A stretch of DNA of 61,040 nucleotides, counting the filler, from Sphacelaria rigidula (taxonomy: Eukaryota), in the NCBI GenBank assembly GCA_964200075.2. It is 9 parts of 9 records of this genome, joined end to end, with 100 filler letters (N's around TTAATTAATTAA, not from the genome) between each part and the next. Parts side by side here need not be neighbours in the genome. Positions count along the whole stretch, not along the records: positions 6,795 to 13,488 come from CAXNAA020018571.1; positions 13,589 to 20,282 come from CAXNAA020018572.1; positions 20,383 to 27,075 come from CAXNAA020018573.1; 6 more parts are not named here. One strand, 5' to 3'. This document shows, piece by piece, positions 11,034 to 24,422 of the stretch (positions within the stretch are counted from its first letter, which is position 1; each line of letters opens with the position of its first letter). The position numbers and the translations under genes are program-made. The notes below the pieces were generated by a model. The model had not been told where the DNA came from. It saw nothing but the letters and a program-made list of their open reading frames with translations, and searched no databases.

Positions 11034-13385
11034 GTACTCATTTGTTGTTTACCTTAGTCGTTTGGCCAAGGACCGCGCATCCCCTGCGAGACGGAGCACC
11101 GTTTCTACTGCTAATAGAGACACCTCCAACATTCTGGCGCTCATTACGTTTTCTTCCATACACTACACAGAAACCTTTTGCATATTTTATCCCCGTCCTG
11201 TTCAGCCGTATGTGGCCACCGTCTTTCTCTTAGAACAGCCATCGTTTTCTCCCTACTGTCTAGTGCATCAAACGATTTCATGCCACCTTCGCATACTTCC
11301 CGCATGTCCCCTTCCAACACGTCTCGTTCCTCCTTGTATAGTCCACATTCTGCAACTATATGACTTCTGCTCTCTATTGCTTTGCCACAGGGACAACTCG
11401 GTGCATTTTCTTCCTCCTCCTCTCGAAATCACAGTTTGTATTCTGGCGAGTCCAGGTCCCCCACTCGAAATCACAGTTTCAATTTTTTCGCGGCGTCCAT
11501 TGGGCCATGCAGATATGTTTGCATCCCCATCCCCTCTCTCAACCCGCCGTACATCTTCAGGTGTTCTTCCTCGTCTACTTTGCGTCTGAGCGTTTCTTCT
11601 TCCCCTGTTTCTATCATATCTCTTGCTTTTTTCTTGTACCCCCCGTCTTTACTTATGAACAGTCTTTTGTTTTGGTTTCCTCCTATCTCCTTTCATACCC
11701 TATCCCATCTTATTCCAGCCTGCCCTTTCGTCACTTTCTTCCATACGGTCCTCTCAACTATGGCCAGCATTTTCTTTCTTGGCATTTCCCTTCCGCTCTA
11801 TTGCCACATAATTTATCTCACGCCTCTGTTTGCTTCAAGTGGGTGCATTCCCAACTCTGCTCTCAATGTTGTACTACTCGTTGCCTTTTAGCATCCGAGT
11901 ATTTTCTAAGCTGCTGCATCTGTACTGCTTCCAACGTCTTCACCAACTTCGCGTTCCCCTCTCATACTTCTCCTGCATACTCCAGCTTTGGTGCAATCAT
12001 GTTCATCATAATTCATCTCTTAATCTCACCATCTAGGTGCGAGTCTCTGAGGATCACGTTCATCTTGCCTATCTGTGCCTTAACCTTTCCTCTCACTTTA
12101 TTTATGAGAGCATCTCAACAACAGTTTGTTGAGATTCTCTACGCCAAGGTATGTATACTGGTCTACGATCGGCAGGTCGTCTTCTCCTCACTTCCATTTG
12201 AACTCTTCCAGGTTTTTCTTACCTTCGCTACAGACAAGTACCGCGCATTTCTTAACGTTCGCTGTCACTCTCCATTTCCTAGTGTATTCCAGCTAGCGCC
12301 TTGTCCATCTGTTTCTGTTATCCTTTCGGTATTTCTGAAACCCCTACAAAATCATCCGTGAACGTCAATCCTGATACCGTATCTCCCCCCAGCTCGACTC
12401 CTGGCTTTGGTACTTCTATTCCTTTCATCAGGTCATTAATATATACCTTGAATCAAGTGTCTGATAACGTACATCCTTGCGCAACTCCTTGTAGAATATA
12501 AAAATATTTCGATATTTCCCCGTCTAGCATTATAGCACTTTTCGCACATTCTGTCATCTTCTTCACCATTCTCCACATCTTTCCTCTGAGCCCAGTTTCC
12601 CGCGACTGTTTCCACAGCCCATTTCTCTATACGGTCATAAGCCTTGTGTGCGTCCAGAAAGAAACAGCACGTTGCCAGGCCGGCATCTTTCCTACCCTGA
12701 AGAAGCTTACCTAATGTGTACACATGGTCTACGAAACTACGGTTTGGTCTAAAACTTGCTTGCTCCTCGCTGAATTCTCCTTTCTTTTCTAGCATCATTC
12801 CCACTCCATCATTCAGAACCTCACAGAATGTGTTCCCTACAGTGCTCAGTAGCGTTATCCCTCCATGATTCCTTGGGTCAGCCTTGTCAGCTGTTTTGAA
12901 AAGGTTGACTACTATTCCTTCTCTCGACCTCTTGGATGTGTACTCGTTTTCCCATATCCAATTGTAAAGCATGGCGATCATGGTCATCATTCCCTCTCCC
13001 CCGTACTATGGATTAATTTCACTCTTTCGTCTATCCCCTGCTGCCTTTCTACTCTTGAGTTGGGCTACACACTCCTTTGCTTCATCCCTCGTGAACTCTC
13101 CCTGCAATTCTTCGGAGCCACTATCCTCCCGCTTTGATGCCTTGACAATTTGCCTCTGCCCATGCGTTGATCTCTTTATCGAATCCCGTGTCGAACCTCC
13201 CGTTAGTTTCTGGTGTTCCTAGTTTACGGTAGTGCTTTACTAGTACTTATTTCTCTCGCTTCGAACTACTAACCATTTTACCGTACGTTTGTGCCCGCAG
13301 TGAGACTATCCTCTTGTCTATCTCTCCTGCCCGGTTTCTCATTATTCTCTTTATCCCTACCCGCATTTGTTTCGTCCCGCAATCG
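11034..13385 (-). mobile_element. 5'-truncated, decayed LINE (family A, RTEX-like) ORF2: reverse transcriptase plus C-terminal CCHC
   Basis: RT motifs GITLLSTVG, EEQASFRPNRS, FFLDAHKAYD, GVAQGC, FTDD, YTYLG across frameshifts; CPCG...ESRSHIVAECGLY zinc knuckle; clade is inferred. Confidence 0.9.
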
Positions 13386-13488
13386 AAATAGGGGGGGGGG
13401 GGGGGGGGGGGGGGGGAAAGAAAAGGAAAGGAAATTTGGTTTTTCTGTCCTCCCCTTCTTTTTTTTTTTGGGAGTGTAAGAGAATGAG

Positions 13489-13588
13489 NNNNNNNNNNNN
13501 NNNNNNNNNNNNNNNNNNNNNNNNNNNNNNNNTTAATTAATTAANNNNNNNNNNNNNNNNNNNNNNNNNNNNNNNNNNNNNNNNNNNN
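13489..13588. other. Artificial contig linker
   Basis: Same 100-bp N/TTAATTAATTAA/N block. Confidence 0.97.
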
Positions 13589-16500
13589 CAATTTTGGGGT
13601 AACTCCCGGGCGACGCACACGTGCATACAAAACGTGATCGCCTACTTCGAAATTCGGCAATTACAGCCCCGACGAAGACCCCTCATGTCTACGCGCACGT
13701 TCAGCTGCAATACGCTCCTGCTCTTGAACGTGGAAACGTTCTTGCAATTCCGAGACTTCTTTCAATGCACTCTTAATTTGAACATCGTCCAGAACATCAC
13801 ACTTCCACTCCCCCGCCGACGAGGACGCCAGCACCGAGAAAGACGTCCGAGGGGCACGGCCAAACATCACGTGATACGGCGTACTATCATACCGACGGCG
13901 ATATGCTGTATTTGGAGCCCATTGCATAGCGGGCAACATGTCCACCTACTCGGTCACCTCTCGACACTGCTCGAGAATAGAGCGAAGAGCACGAGCTAGC
14001 AGGCCACTCTCGCCCACGTGCAAGAAGTCAAAATGAACGACTTCATTCGGCGTGGTCCCATGGACCGTTTCACCGAGCGGGCGGAGAACAACATCGCCCG
14101 CCCTCGAGTCAGCACAGTGAAGACACTGGCGGACGAATTCGCGCACATTAGTTTCTATCCCCTTCCAGACACAAACTTCTTGCAAGCGCACGAGCGTCGC
14201 ATCCACACAACGATGCCCGGTATCGCGCATGTGCGCACAAATCGTCAAACGTACCTGCAACTGCTTGTCAGAACTTGGAATCCACAAAACGTTTCGGCCA
14301 CGCACATGCACACAAAACAGACCTTCATTGTCCAAGATAGCAGTACCAACGTCCGACTCGAAAGATTGCGCATCCGCATCCTCGGCTCCAAGGTCGTTTC
14401 GTTGCGCTTGGCGGACAGCAGATTTGGACGGCATCGAGTCATCAGGTTCGCACGGGCCATACACAGCGACAGCGCGCGCAGGCAAAGTGGGCATATTTAT
14501 CCAGCGCGACAGAAAGTCACCCCACGCGTTACGCTCACCCCAAATATGACAAATCGTGTACGGATACTGTCCTAATACTCCTTTCCACCCCTCCAATCGC
14601 TGTGCCAACGCCTTTGATACAGACGCCACGCATGCCTCCGGGTTGAAAATGTACGCTAGATTTCGGTGATCCGTGAAAATGTGTACGCCATTACACAATA
14701 AATGCTCAAGACGACGAAAAGTGCTCACGATAGCAAAACTGTTTTTGTCAATTTTTGCCCAACGCATAGGTGAACCCTTGAAATTACCACTCAGAAAAGC
14801 CAGCGGTTCATGCGTCATGTCTTTAACCGGCAACCGTTGTTGTATTCTTGCATCAGGCACCTGCGTTACACAACTACCCTAATGGCACTCAAATGCATCC
14901 GGAAACATTGACACCTGACAATCTGGACGAGGATGGAGCAGCGTTAATACATCAGCCACCAGATCCTTCGCTGCCGCCCACGCCTGCAGCCTGCCCTCCG
15001 TCCACGATGCAGCCTTCTTCGGAAACGCATTATCCGGACTGGACCACCCCGCCTGCAAATTCCGTAACACCAACCCGAGCGCCAAAAGAGCCGCCATGCA
15101 CAATGCCAACCAACTCGGCTTCACTGGATCGTACCGCCGCGGCTTCGTCTTCATCGCGGACGCCCCAGGTTTTGGCTGAGCACACATGGGCTCCACGCGC
15201 GCAGGGGAATCACCCCGCAGCGCACGACGAAACGCGTTGACGCGGCAATGCAATATACCGCGCAGGCGCTCCGCTTCTGAGACGCCAAGGATTTTTGCCT
15301 CAGCATCCGTCACGCTCTCCTCCAGCGCGACTTTCCGAGCGGACTCCTCATCCGCCAGATCAATAAATATCTCTGGACCACGCTCCACCAAGCGTTTCAC
15401 CGCCTCATCACGCTCCTCGGACACCTGCTTCCCCTCCTCCTGGAGAGCATCAACCGATAAGCTCACTCTGCGACTGGCCGAAAAGGCAGGCATCTCGACA
15501 CACGAACCGGGCGACGGCATTTTCGTTTATAGGGACTCCAACAACCGATAATACGGATCGGCTCCGAGTCCCCGAAGCGTCGGTAGGCCCAACCGAACGG
15601 CACCATCCGTCCCCGGCATGATCGCAAACGATATTGGGGGTGATTTTGCTGGTCCCCAGGTAGTCAGAAACGCCAGCTGTAGGGGAATCGTACGCTCCGT
15701 CACATCTATACGTTGCCCAGATGCGGTGATGGCCTGCCGCGCCCCGAGCGAGAACGGAATTCGGAGTTGCTTACCGGGGAGTAGACGCTCCAGCATCTCC
15801 ACAAATAGCACCGACACGCTCGTGAAGTGGGCGCCTGAATCCAACACCGCTTTGACCGATACAGCTCCCCGCGCCCGTTGATGGGGGATATATAACTCGG
15901 CAGGGACATAATTGTCTTGGCCCTCGATCGGCACCTGCTACGCCGACTGATGGGTCGTAATCCTCACTTGGCGCCACGGCTGCACGCGCGGCGCAGGCAG
16001 AGACGCCCCCGCTGGGGTCACCGGCACCGCCGGTGGGTACGAAGCCCCGCCCGCAGAACCAAATTGCAGTGGTACCCCGGCCGACGCAGCAGCCGATCCA
16101 AATTTCAGCTGAAAACCGGCCAGCTCCGCAGCCGGCGTCTCGCCTTGCTCTGCTGCCGGCGGCGCCGGCACCGAGCCCGACACTAGAGAGGTCGGTCCCA
16201 CCTGCACCGCCTGTTGCGCAGCAGCAGCCCCTGCGGCCCAGATCCGGACCCCTGCTGACGCCGCTGCTGCTGCTGCTTCCCTTGCTGCTGCTGCTGCTGG
16301 GAAGTCGACTGTTCACCTCCACCGCTGAAGGATCCGCCGCCGCCGCCGCCACCACGACTACCTCGTCTTTTGCCCTTGTGAGGGCGCGCAGCACTCGTCT
16401 GCCCAGACTCCCCTTCAGAAGGCGTTGGGCACTTCCGTGCGATGTGACCGACCTGGCCACACTGAAAGCAAGTAAAATTGAAGGCGGCACTGCCTGCGGA

Positions 16501-17779
16501 TTTTGATCCGCGGTTACGCGAGCTCGAAGACTGCGGCGACGAAGTGAATGATTTCCCGAATACTTCGACGCGCCGCCATGCCTGAGCTTCAGCCACCACG
16601 GTATCTATGACTCAACACGGGTCCGACTTCCAATTTGTTTCGTGCTGTAACTGTACCAGCACGGCCTGCTTAAATTTCGCCGGTGCCAGACCCTCCACCA
16701 TCGCTCCGGTGACCACCGCAGCGGGCCCTGGGCGAAATTTTCCATCGGACGAACGATAGATCATCTCTACGTTAGGATTTCCCGCAAAATACGTTTCCTA
16801 CTTACCCATTATGGGCTCCACCTTCCCACGCATGGTCCTTCCCTTGTGGTTCAATGCGACAGCCTTCGCCACGGCCGCTGACGCCTGAGTAAGCTCTACC
16901 TCCGCTCCTGCCGCATGCCGTGCGTGCTTCTTCATCGCTGCGGCCAACTGCAGCGGCGTTATGGTATATTTTTATGTGGAACCTTCTCGCGAAAACGCGT
17001 TGCAAGGGAGTAGGCTCTATTTGCACCATAGAAGCCACCTGATGCCTCACCGCACCCCCTGCATTCGCATTCTCCACCCTCCTCTTGTATTCCATACATT
17101 TCGTGTAAAACGATCGAGAGGCATCCTCAGAATACAAGCTCTCGTAATTGGGCGGCCGAAACTCTTCGCTGAGAACGACTGGGGTTACAGTCGTTTCTGC
17201 TGGCTCTATTATCGGTACCTCCGTAGTCGACATTCTTGAGCGGAAAATCGAAGATTTCTCAAACCTTCTGGAGCTTCAGTTCACACCTGCTTCCTTCGCC
17301 GCTTCACACAGCCCTGGGGTCCTATAAACACCCGCTGTACGCAGCCCCAGCAAGTCTCCAGTCTGGATCAATCATGGGCCTGCCGCCTTTGCAGCTACCT
17401 CTGCTTGAAACCTCCCCACGCGTCCGTGAAGCTCTATGCCCAAAGCTAGTCACAAGCTGTCCAGACATCTCCCTGCTGAAACTTTCAGCAGTCTCAAGCG
17501 ATAGCACCTACTAGCACGCCTATGCACTAGCACTAATATCGATAATGTGACGCTACCAGGTTGCTAGTACTGCAGCGTCTGAATGCTGTTGAGGCACTCC
17601 CCAGCTCCACTGGCCTCAAGGTCTCAGTTGTCAGCCTTCACAACACCTCATCATTATTCGGAGTAAACACCTGCAGCCCCCTACCATCAGGCCTGGGCTA
17701 CACAGCAAGGGTCATCATCCACAGGATACCCTTGTCCCCTGGTCATCATCCAGGATCCACTATATACTCAATCGTAACG
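13589..17779 (-). mobile_element. Decayed Ty3/gypsy LTR retrotransposon with internal deletions
   Basis: gag knuckle CFQCGQVGHIARKC, protease VLDSGA, RNase H (EPLAFLSG...FTDHRNL), integrase HHCC and VHFDF; gypsy domain order; RT core absent. Confidence 0.92.
17560..17779 (-). repeat. Probable 5' LTR of the gypsy element, followed by PBS-like TGGTAGC (17552-17558)
   Basis: Minus strand CGTTACG...CTAGCAAC then TGGTAGCG upstream of gag; the second LTR is off-contig. Confidence 0.5.
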
Positions 17780-19061
17780 GCGTGATTTCGCCACAGAGCA
17801 GAAGTAGGTGATTTCGGTTCGCGACCAATGACTGCCGCGCCGACTACATCCGGTCTGGGATCGCATGGGATGAATGGGTCGGGATCACCATGACCTCTGG
17901 AACAGAGCCACTAAACATTTCCAGCGCAAGAACCCATGTCGTGGGGTTGACATCATCTGCTGTCTCCAGGTATCATGCTTTCACGATACCTCTCGGGGGT
18001 GGACGGGTTTGCAGCATGATTCACGGCGGGGGAGAATGCGGCGGACACGAGGTAGCAAGCACCGGAGATCGCCTCTCCACCAATGGCCTGTCCGGTGACG
18101 GCACCCGATCTGGGATCGTGGAGGAGCAAAGGGCAGGGGGGGCGCACGAATTGGCGGCGAGGTAGTGTGGGGACAGCCGTGGACGACAACAGAGAGATGG
18201 TGGCCGCCCACTGCTGTTGCCACAATCGTCGTACAATGCGATGATGTAGAGGTCATCCCCGTGTCCTGCATCAGACCTTTTACATAGGCGAAGTAAATAC
18301 GGGTGCCCGTAGTGGTTGTGCTTTTGTTGCATGGAGATGTATTCGGAGGCCAAGAAGGTCTGCAGGCTTGGGCTTGCCATACACGCAAGGGGGAGGGGAC
18401 GACACCGCCGTGCTCGAGCAATAAACGGTGGGTTGTGTGGTTGTTGAGCTCCATAATTTCCACGACACTATGAAGCGCTCCACTTACCGAAAAATAGGCG
18501 ATCATTGAAAATAAAAACGAAAACAAATAAATACATACGTAACACCGATCACAAACAACAAGTTATCAACCGACGTTTCAATATAAATTGAGTTTGATAT
18601 TCATTGTATACGTATTTTCCCCCAGAATTCATGAAGGTTGGGGTTTGGGCTAGGCGCACCACCTTTCAATGAATAAATAATTACATGCAAAATCGAGGCG
18701 AAGTCCAACGCATCAGCCATCAACAGTACAATCAGTGAATAAAAAAGAGCTCTGCGGCCAATCAATCAATAACATGACATAGGCATACTACTATCGCTGC
18801 TGTTACTGGTGCTCCTACAAGCGATTATAGAAAGATGAAAAATGATGAGAGCATGGACAACATGAATGGCAGGAGTAGAGTATGCAGGGCAGGTGCTCAT
18901 ATCCTCAAATGCACATGATCCAGAAGCTGCGGGACGGTATTGGGGGTTTGCCGAGTCGGTCGCGAAATGTTCACTGGCAGCCTGTTGCTCAACTCCCCCC
19001 TATCTTCAGCCGGGTCCGACGAAAGTCCGGCGTGCTCCGTTCCGACTTTGTAGGGGCGGAC

Positions 19062-19600
19062 CTCCCTCTGTGGGGTTGGCGTGCGTTGGCGATACGCTGT
19101 AAAACACGCCACTCACTGCTCAAGCTAGTCAACCGGGTTATCGATTTGTTTTGCGCGCTTACGTTTTTTTATTTTGCAGTAACGATGATGGTGGTCGAGC
19201 TAGGTCATATTGTGCGGGGTGGGAGAACCCCGATTCTGGGCAAGGGAGATGATCGTACGAGGAAGTGTATAATTGGTTAGACACCCATGAGGGCAGTGTA
19301 TAAGCCGTGGCTGTCTCGGGAAGTGGCGATACCAGAAAGTAAAGCAACTCATTGGAGGCTGTCATCCAAGTGTCAGATACTCAGTACGCTTCGGGCCGAA
19401 CAATCTTAGCAGGATGCAGCTCCCCCTTCATGCGACTCGCCGAGCTCACCACGGCGCTTTGCGCTTGGCGATTGATTGCGAGCCTGGTCCGGCGAAAACC
19501 CGGCGTGCTCCGTCTCGGCTTTTGTTTGGATGCGAGATCAAAGGTCATATCTATGACTGTAGCAGGCAAGATCATGATTACACCTACTCCCCCCCCTTCC
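19062..19600 (+). mobile_element. Family B non-LTR element with C-rich tail
   Basis: Homologous to 834-1340; ends ATCATGATTACACC plus a C-rich tract; a degraded 3'-end remnant precedes it at about 18990-19060. Confidence 0.7.
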
Positions 19601-20189
19601 TTCCTATCCGTCGAAACTGCATTTATGAGTATCGAAATGCATACAGGAAAATGGTATAAGTCGGAAGTAAAGCTCAACAAGTGCAATGCAACGTTCTCGG
19701 ATCGCCAAGAGGCACAGGGCTCGGCAGAAAGTGTTCTTGTTTTCAACGGGGCGTAACGGAGGCATAACGTACCCCATGTCGATATCGACAAAGTCAAGAA
19801 GGGTTCCCTCATGCTATGCTCTCGGACCGATGACCTCGGATGAGCAGTAAAGGCCTCGAACCGGCTGGTCCTTATAGGACTGTGCGGCCCATGTACCCTG
19901 TATTGTGAATGCGTGAGACGTCGTGCGTAGGTTTCAATCTGTCCTCGTCTATAGCACCAGAATTGCAGCAGTAATCGTGAAACCTTTTTTTTTTTCCATT
20001 CATGGCATGCTGCAGAGTAGGGCACGGCTTGGGAGGACACGAAAGGACAGCGCCCTTGTGGACGTGTGCGGTCGTGGAGAAGCAGTACAAGCAGCAAATA
20101 GGAGTCCCCGGATACCAACGACGACGTCGGTGTTCGACTGCAATAAGGACGCAATGCATGCCATGGGAGCGGTTGCAAAGAATGGGGGA

Positions 20190-20282
20190 TAAACTTTCTA
20201 CGATAGCCCCCCCCCCAAACCAGCTAAAAGTGTCACGAAAAAAATGGCCATAAAACGACTGATCTTCGGGTTCAGGCTGTAT
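20190..20282 (+). mobile_element. Terminus of a TIR element (CTACGATAG-oligoC family)
   Basis: ACTTTCTACGATAGCCCCCCC...CAGCTAAAA(G)TGTCACGAAAAAAATGGCCATA; reverse complement at 34083-34175. Confidence 0.65.
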
Positions 20283-20382
20283 NNNNNNNNNNNNNNNNNN
20301 NNNNNNNNNNNNNNNNNNNNNNNNNNTTAATTAATTAANNNNNNNNNNNNNNNNNNNNNNNNNNNNNNNNNNNNNNNNNNNN
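20283..20382. other. Artificial contig linker
   Basis: Same 100-bp block. Confidence 0.97.

Positions 20383-20455
<73 letters not shown>
20383..20455. repeat. (AAT)n microsatellite, possibly the tail of a minus-strand LINE 3' end (to about 20720)
   Basis: About 24 AAT units; the adjacent minus frame ends LWVPLSENLVLFLRDS*. Confidence 0.8.
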
Positions 20456-20936
20456 GTGGAACCGATCGAGAGTACCGAAGCCGGAGGGTCACGAATCACG
20501 CAGAAAGAGTACAAGGTTTTCCGAGAGGGGGACCCAGAGGTTGATGATGCCCACTCTTGCGTTTTTGCAAAGATTTATTGTAATGTACGCAGTTTGTCCT
20601 ACTTTAGGAAGAACACATTTGAAGCTGGTCCTCCCGTAGCTCTAGAGAGTGTCGGATGCCACCTTGATCATTCTGAGAACGAAATAATTTGCTTGGCTCT
20701 GTCGTACGCTGCTGCGTAGCGCTCTCGCCACCCCAATGTTTGCTTGACTGCAGAATCGGGGCAACCGAAAATAAGCACACACGGACACACGGTAGTCTTA
20801 ACCAACGCCCACAAAAGCGAGCGATGAATTCAAAGCGATGCGCTGTGCACAGAGTCCATAACTACTGCTGATTCGTGTAGCTTGCTTGTGCTCCGCTTCC
20901 CGTTTTCTACCCCAACTCACACTGAATCCTTTGCAG

Positions 20937-21041
20937 AACTCGTAAGTTACCTCCGTCGAGGATCCGTGGCGGTGTACGTCTGCCCTCACCACCGCGCGAT
21001 GGAGGCCGCTCGCTCGGGGGACACCTCAACTGGCTCAACAA

Positions 21042-21073
<32 letters not shown>

Positions 21074-23370
21074 CCGCTACAAACAACACCGCAAATACCC
21101 ACCGCTCTGTCGGAACCCCCACTCAACGTGTCGTCACACACGGCACTACCACACCCACGGCTCCGCCCGCCATGCCGCGAGGCTATTCGCAAAATGTTCC
21201 ACGCGGCGCTCCTCGGAACGTTCCGCAGAGTGTTCGGCGGACTGTTCAGCGCAGTGGTCTGAACGCAGCTCCGTCAGTTGCTGTTCCCAACCGACGCATC
21301 GCGACACCGCCGCCCCCGCCTCCGCCGACAAAAGCCACGAGCAAGGCCTCCGACCGCCGCAATGGTAGCAACACTACTGCTGCCCAACGTCCCAGCCACA
21401 CCGAGAATAAACCATCTCGATCACCGGTTGCGACGCAGGCGAAGGGGATGAAGCCTGCGCCTTCTTGGGATTTCGCGGCGAAAGGAAGCACTGGGCGAGG
21501 CAAAACCGCCCCCGTTGCGGCGCGGGTGACTCCGGACCCCGAAACAGGTCCGTTACCGCAGCGAACGAACCGTAAGAGTAGTCATATTAGCGGTACTAGT
21601 TCGGTGTTGGCACTGTCGAAGAAACAGGGCGGTGGCGACGGTCGTGGCGACGGTGGCGGCGGTGGAGGAATTGCCGGGAGTGCCTCCAGAACAAACTGCC
21701 TCGAAAACGGGAACGGCCGCGGGAGTGAAAGAACCCAAGCAAGTGCGGCGAACGATGGTGTACTCATCGAAAGGGCCACGAAAAAATCCGCGAGGGAGGG
21801 CCATTCCGGTCGAGGTGGAGGAGCAGCGGTGAAACATTCAGCCGCGGCGGCGAAGCGGAACGCTCCGGCGGAATTTACCGCGACCACCGCTGCTTCCGCT
21901 CAAGGAGGAAATGGCGTTGGCGTTACCGGCGGGGGTTGGGAAGGAGGCGCTTCGAAATTGGGGGCGAAAAAACGATCGAAGAAGAAAATGGCAGCGGCGA
22001 CGGCGACGGCGCCCGAAGCGCGAGTAGGATACGTGCCGCCGGCATCGGGCAAGGTCGGCGGCAAAGTCGCCGCAGAGCTTCCCGGACGCCAACGGATTCC
22101 GCGTGACGATCAGGCCACCGCTAGAAATCAGGACCCTGTGCCGCTGCCGCCGCCGCCGCAAGCTGGTTCGGCGAAGGAAGCGGGTGTCGACGACGTTCCG
22201 TTGTCGACGTCACCAGCAAACCACCCTCCAGGAGAAGGTGTACGGCCTGAGAAGATGGTCGGAAACTCTGAGTCACCCAGGGCTGAGGCAGAAGCGTCGG
22301 TGATGAAATGTGAGAAGCTCAATGGGCCGATGGATGACAGGCGTGTTGGTGATGACAATGGCAACTGCGGCAACAGCGGCAACCAGAAACCTCGACGAGT
22401 TATCGTGGATTGGTCGGAGGAGGACGAGGACGAGGAAGGGGAAAGGGAAGGGGGAAATGAGCAACAGCTACCAGTGAGAAAGAAGGCCGACGCATCGGGG
22501 AATAGTTGCCACGGAAGCGCTTCCACTAGCGGTAGTGACGCGGAGAGTGGTGTTACTCGCGTGGGGGAGAAAACAAAGCAGGATAGTGAATCTCCTCTCA
22601 ACCTTGTAAGCAGACCCTCCAGCTCAGGACGAAGGGAGATCGAAACAGTAGGTCACGGGTACATGGAGGCAGCAGCGCCTCCGGTAGCCCACGACAATAT
22701 CGCCGCAAACACGGCGGATCAGGAAGCAAGGGGACGTCGCGACACCGATGGCGTCGGAAGAACAGCAGAACCAGGAGAAGTGGTTGAGGTCTGTAGGCCC
22801 ACTCCTATTGCCGGTACCTCAGAGAGAGCTGCTGACGCCTCCCGGGAAGATTCGAATACCGCGGTGACTGGATCAGTCGACGGCAAATCCCTGCCCCCCA
22901 CGGACAATATCAGCTCCAACGGCGTATCTTCCGCCGGCGGCAGCGGCAGCGGCGGCGGCAAGGTGATGCGCCAGGAACAGGACGGCGGTGCCTTCTATAT
23001 CAGCGATAACTCTGAGTGCAGGAGCGACGTGTCACCTCTGGTGGTGCGCTCGGCCGCACCCGGCAGTTTCGCGAAAGGGCCCGGCGGCAGCGCTGCAACA
23101 GGATGTGGAGAGGGCGTTGGCAGCAGAGGAACCGCAGACAGACAGCTTGGTGGTGGCAGCGGTGATGACGGCACGCTGGGACACGATAGCAAGGACAAGG
23201 GCGGCGGTTTGATTTCGCCGGTCGGAAAAAATCAAGAGGATACGGACAAGTCGAGCCTGGTGTTGTCGGGAGAGGAGGACACGTCGTCCCCATTGAGGAA
23301 CGACGATGGGGGGGCTGTTGGCCCTACTGATAAGGGGATGGGCGAGGCAGGGGAAGGACCCGTCGTACAG
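20937..23370 (+). CDS. Large internal exon (~811 aa) of a low-complexity, probably disordered protein
   Basis: Pyrimidine tract plus TTGCAG acceptor at 20936, open frame continuous with ORF 21172, CAG|GTGAGT donor at 23370; Gly/Ser/Ala/Pro-rich with poly-Asn. Confidence 0.75.
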
Positions 23371-24390
23371 GTGAGTCCAGCGACGAGATCTGCAAGGATG
23401 TCTCGAAAATCGTTGTCAATTATTGTAAGTCTGACTGAATCTCACCCCCGCTTTTTCCTCAGCCTTTGTCAGAAGTTCTCGTGGGTAACACTCCGTCTTA
23501 TGTCTCACCGACGCATGTCCTGCGTGCACTCGCTGCCGGAAGCGCAAGATAGCAAATATGCTTACATTAGGGTACAGCATCCCCGGCATCCTGGATTTCC
23601 TGTGTATGTATGTACACCAAATAAATACCCAGGAAATCCAGGGTATTGACTGCCGGAAATGACCAGTATTTTAGGGTATCCGGGGTATTAGTGGCACCTC
23701 AAAGTACCTTATCCTGTACCACCCTGACCTATCAACCTTTGCGAGATTCTCTCCTTCCCACCATAGCAGCGGACTCGTCATTTGTGCGTCGTTAGCTTTC
23801 CTGTACCTTGACTGCGCCATCCATGTCCTTCGCCCAACATCTCGCTGCCATTCCCCCACCCCTCTACCCCCCGCTCTCTGTGTCCTGCATTGCCGCCGTT
23901 CTCCATTCGCGCTGTAGTTTGGGACTTATCAAACAGATTCGCCGCAACAACCATCTGGGAGCGCTCCCATCGCGGGGTCGACCTCCCCAAAGCAAGCATA
24001 AAAATTGCGTATCACGAGCATAAACGCGTACCAAATGCATACGAGAGTAGAATGTACCCGGCAGCAGGGGATTATTCGATACGGAGGCATTGCTCGCGCG
24101 TGTGAACAGCGACTAGCGGAGGCGCGCGCGAGGGGGCGGGCGGGGCGGATGACGAGCCGGGGTGTAGTTGTTTTCCAATGTATTCGAGAACGGACCAATG
24201 TCCAGGCGACACAAGAGATGATGGGGGGGGGGGGGGGGGGACGATAGGGGCTTCCCAAAGTCCGGTTCGTCGGAGAGTTGTCATTGCATTTTCGCAATAA
24301 CCTTTGCGNNNNNNNNNNGGGGGCGGGGGAGGTGGGGGGTGGTTTTTTTTTTGTTTTTTAGTGGTGGCAGGGGCCGACGGCGAAGGGGAG

Positions 24391-24422
<32 letters not shown>

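Noticed and set aside
11360..12361. 333-aa plus-strand ORF
   Set aside because: Antisense shadow of the purine-rich LINE ORF2, with no domain.
21172..23649. Complete single-exon 825-aa gene
   Set aside because: The frame is open upstream to an acceptor at 20936, and composition changes after a consensus donor at 23370.
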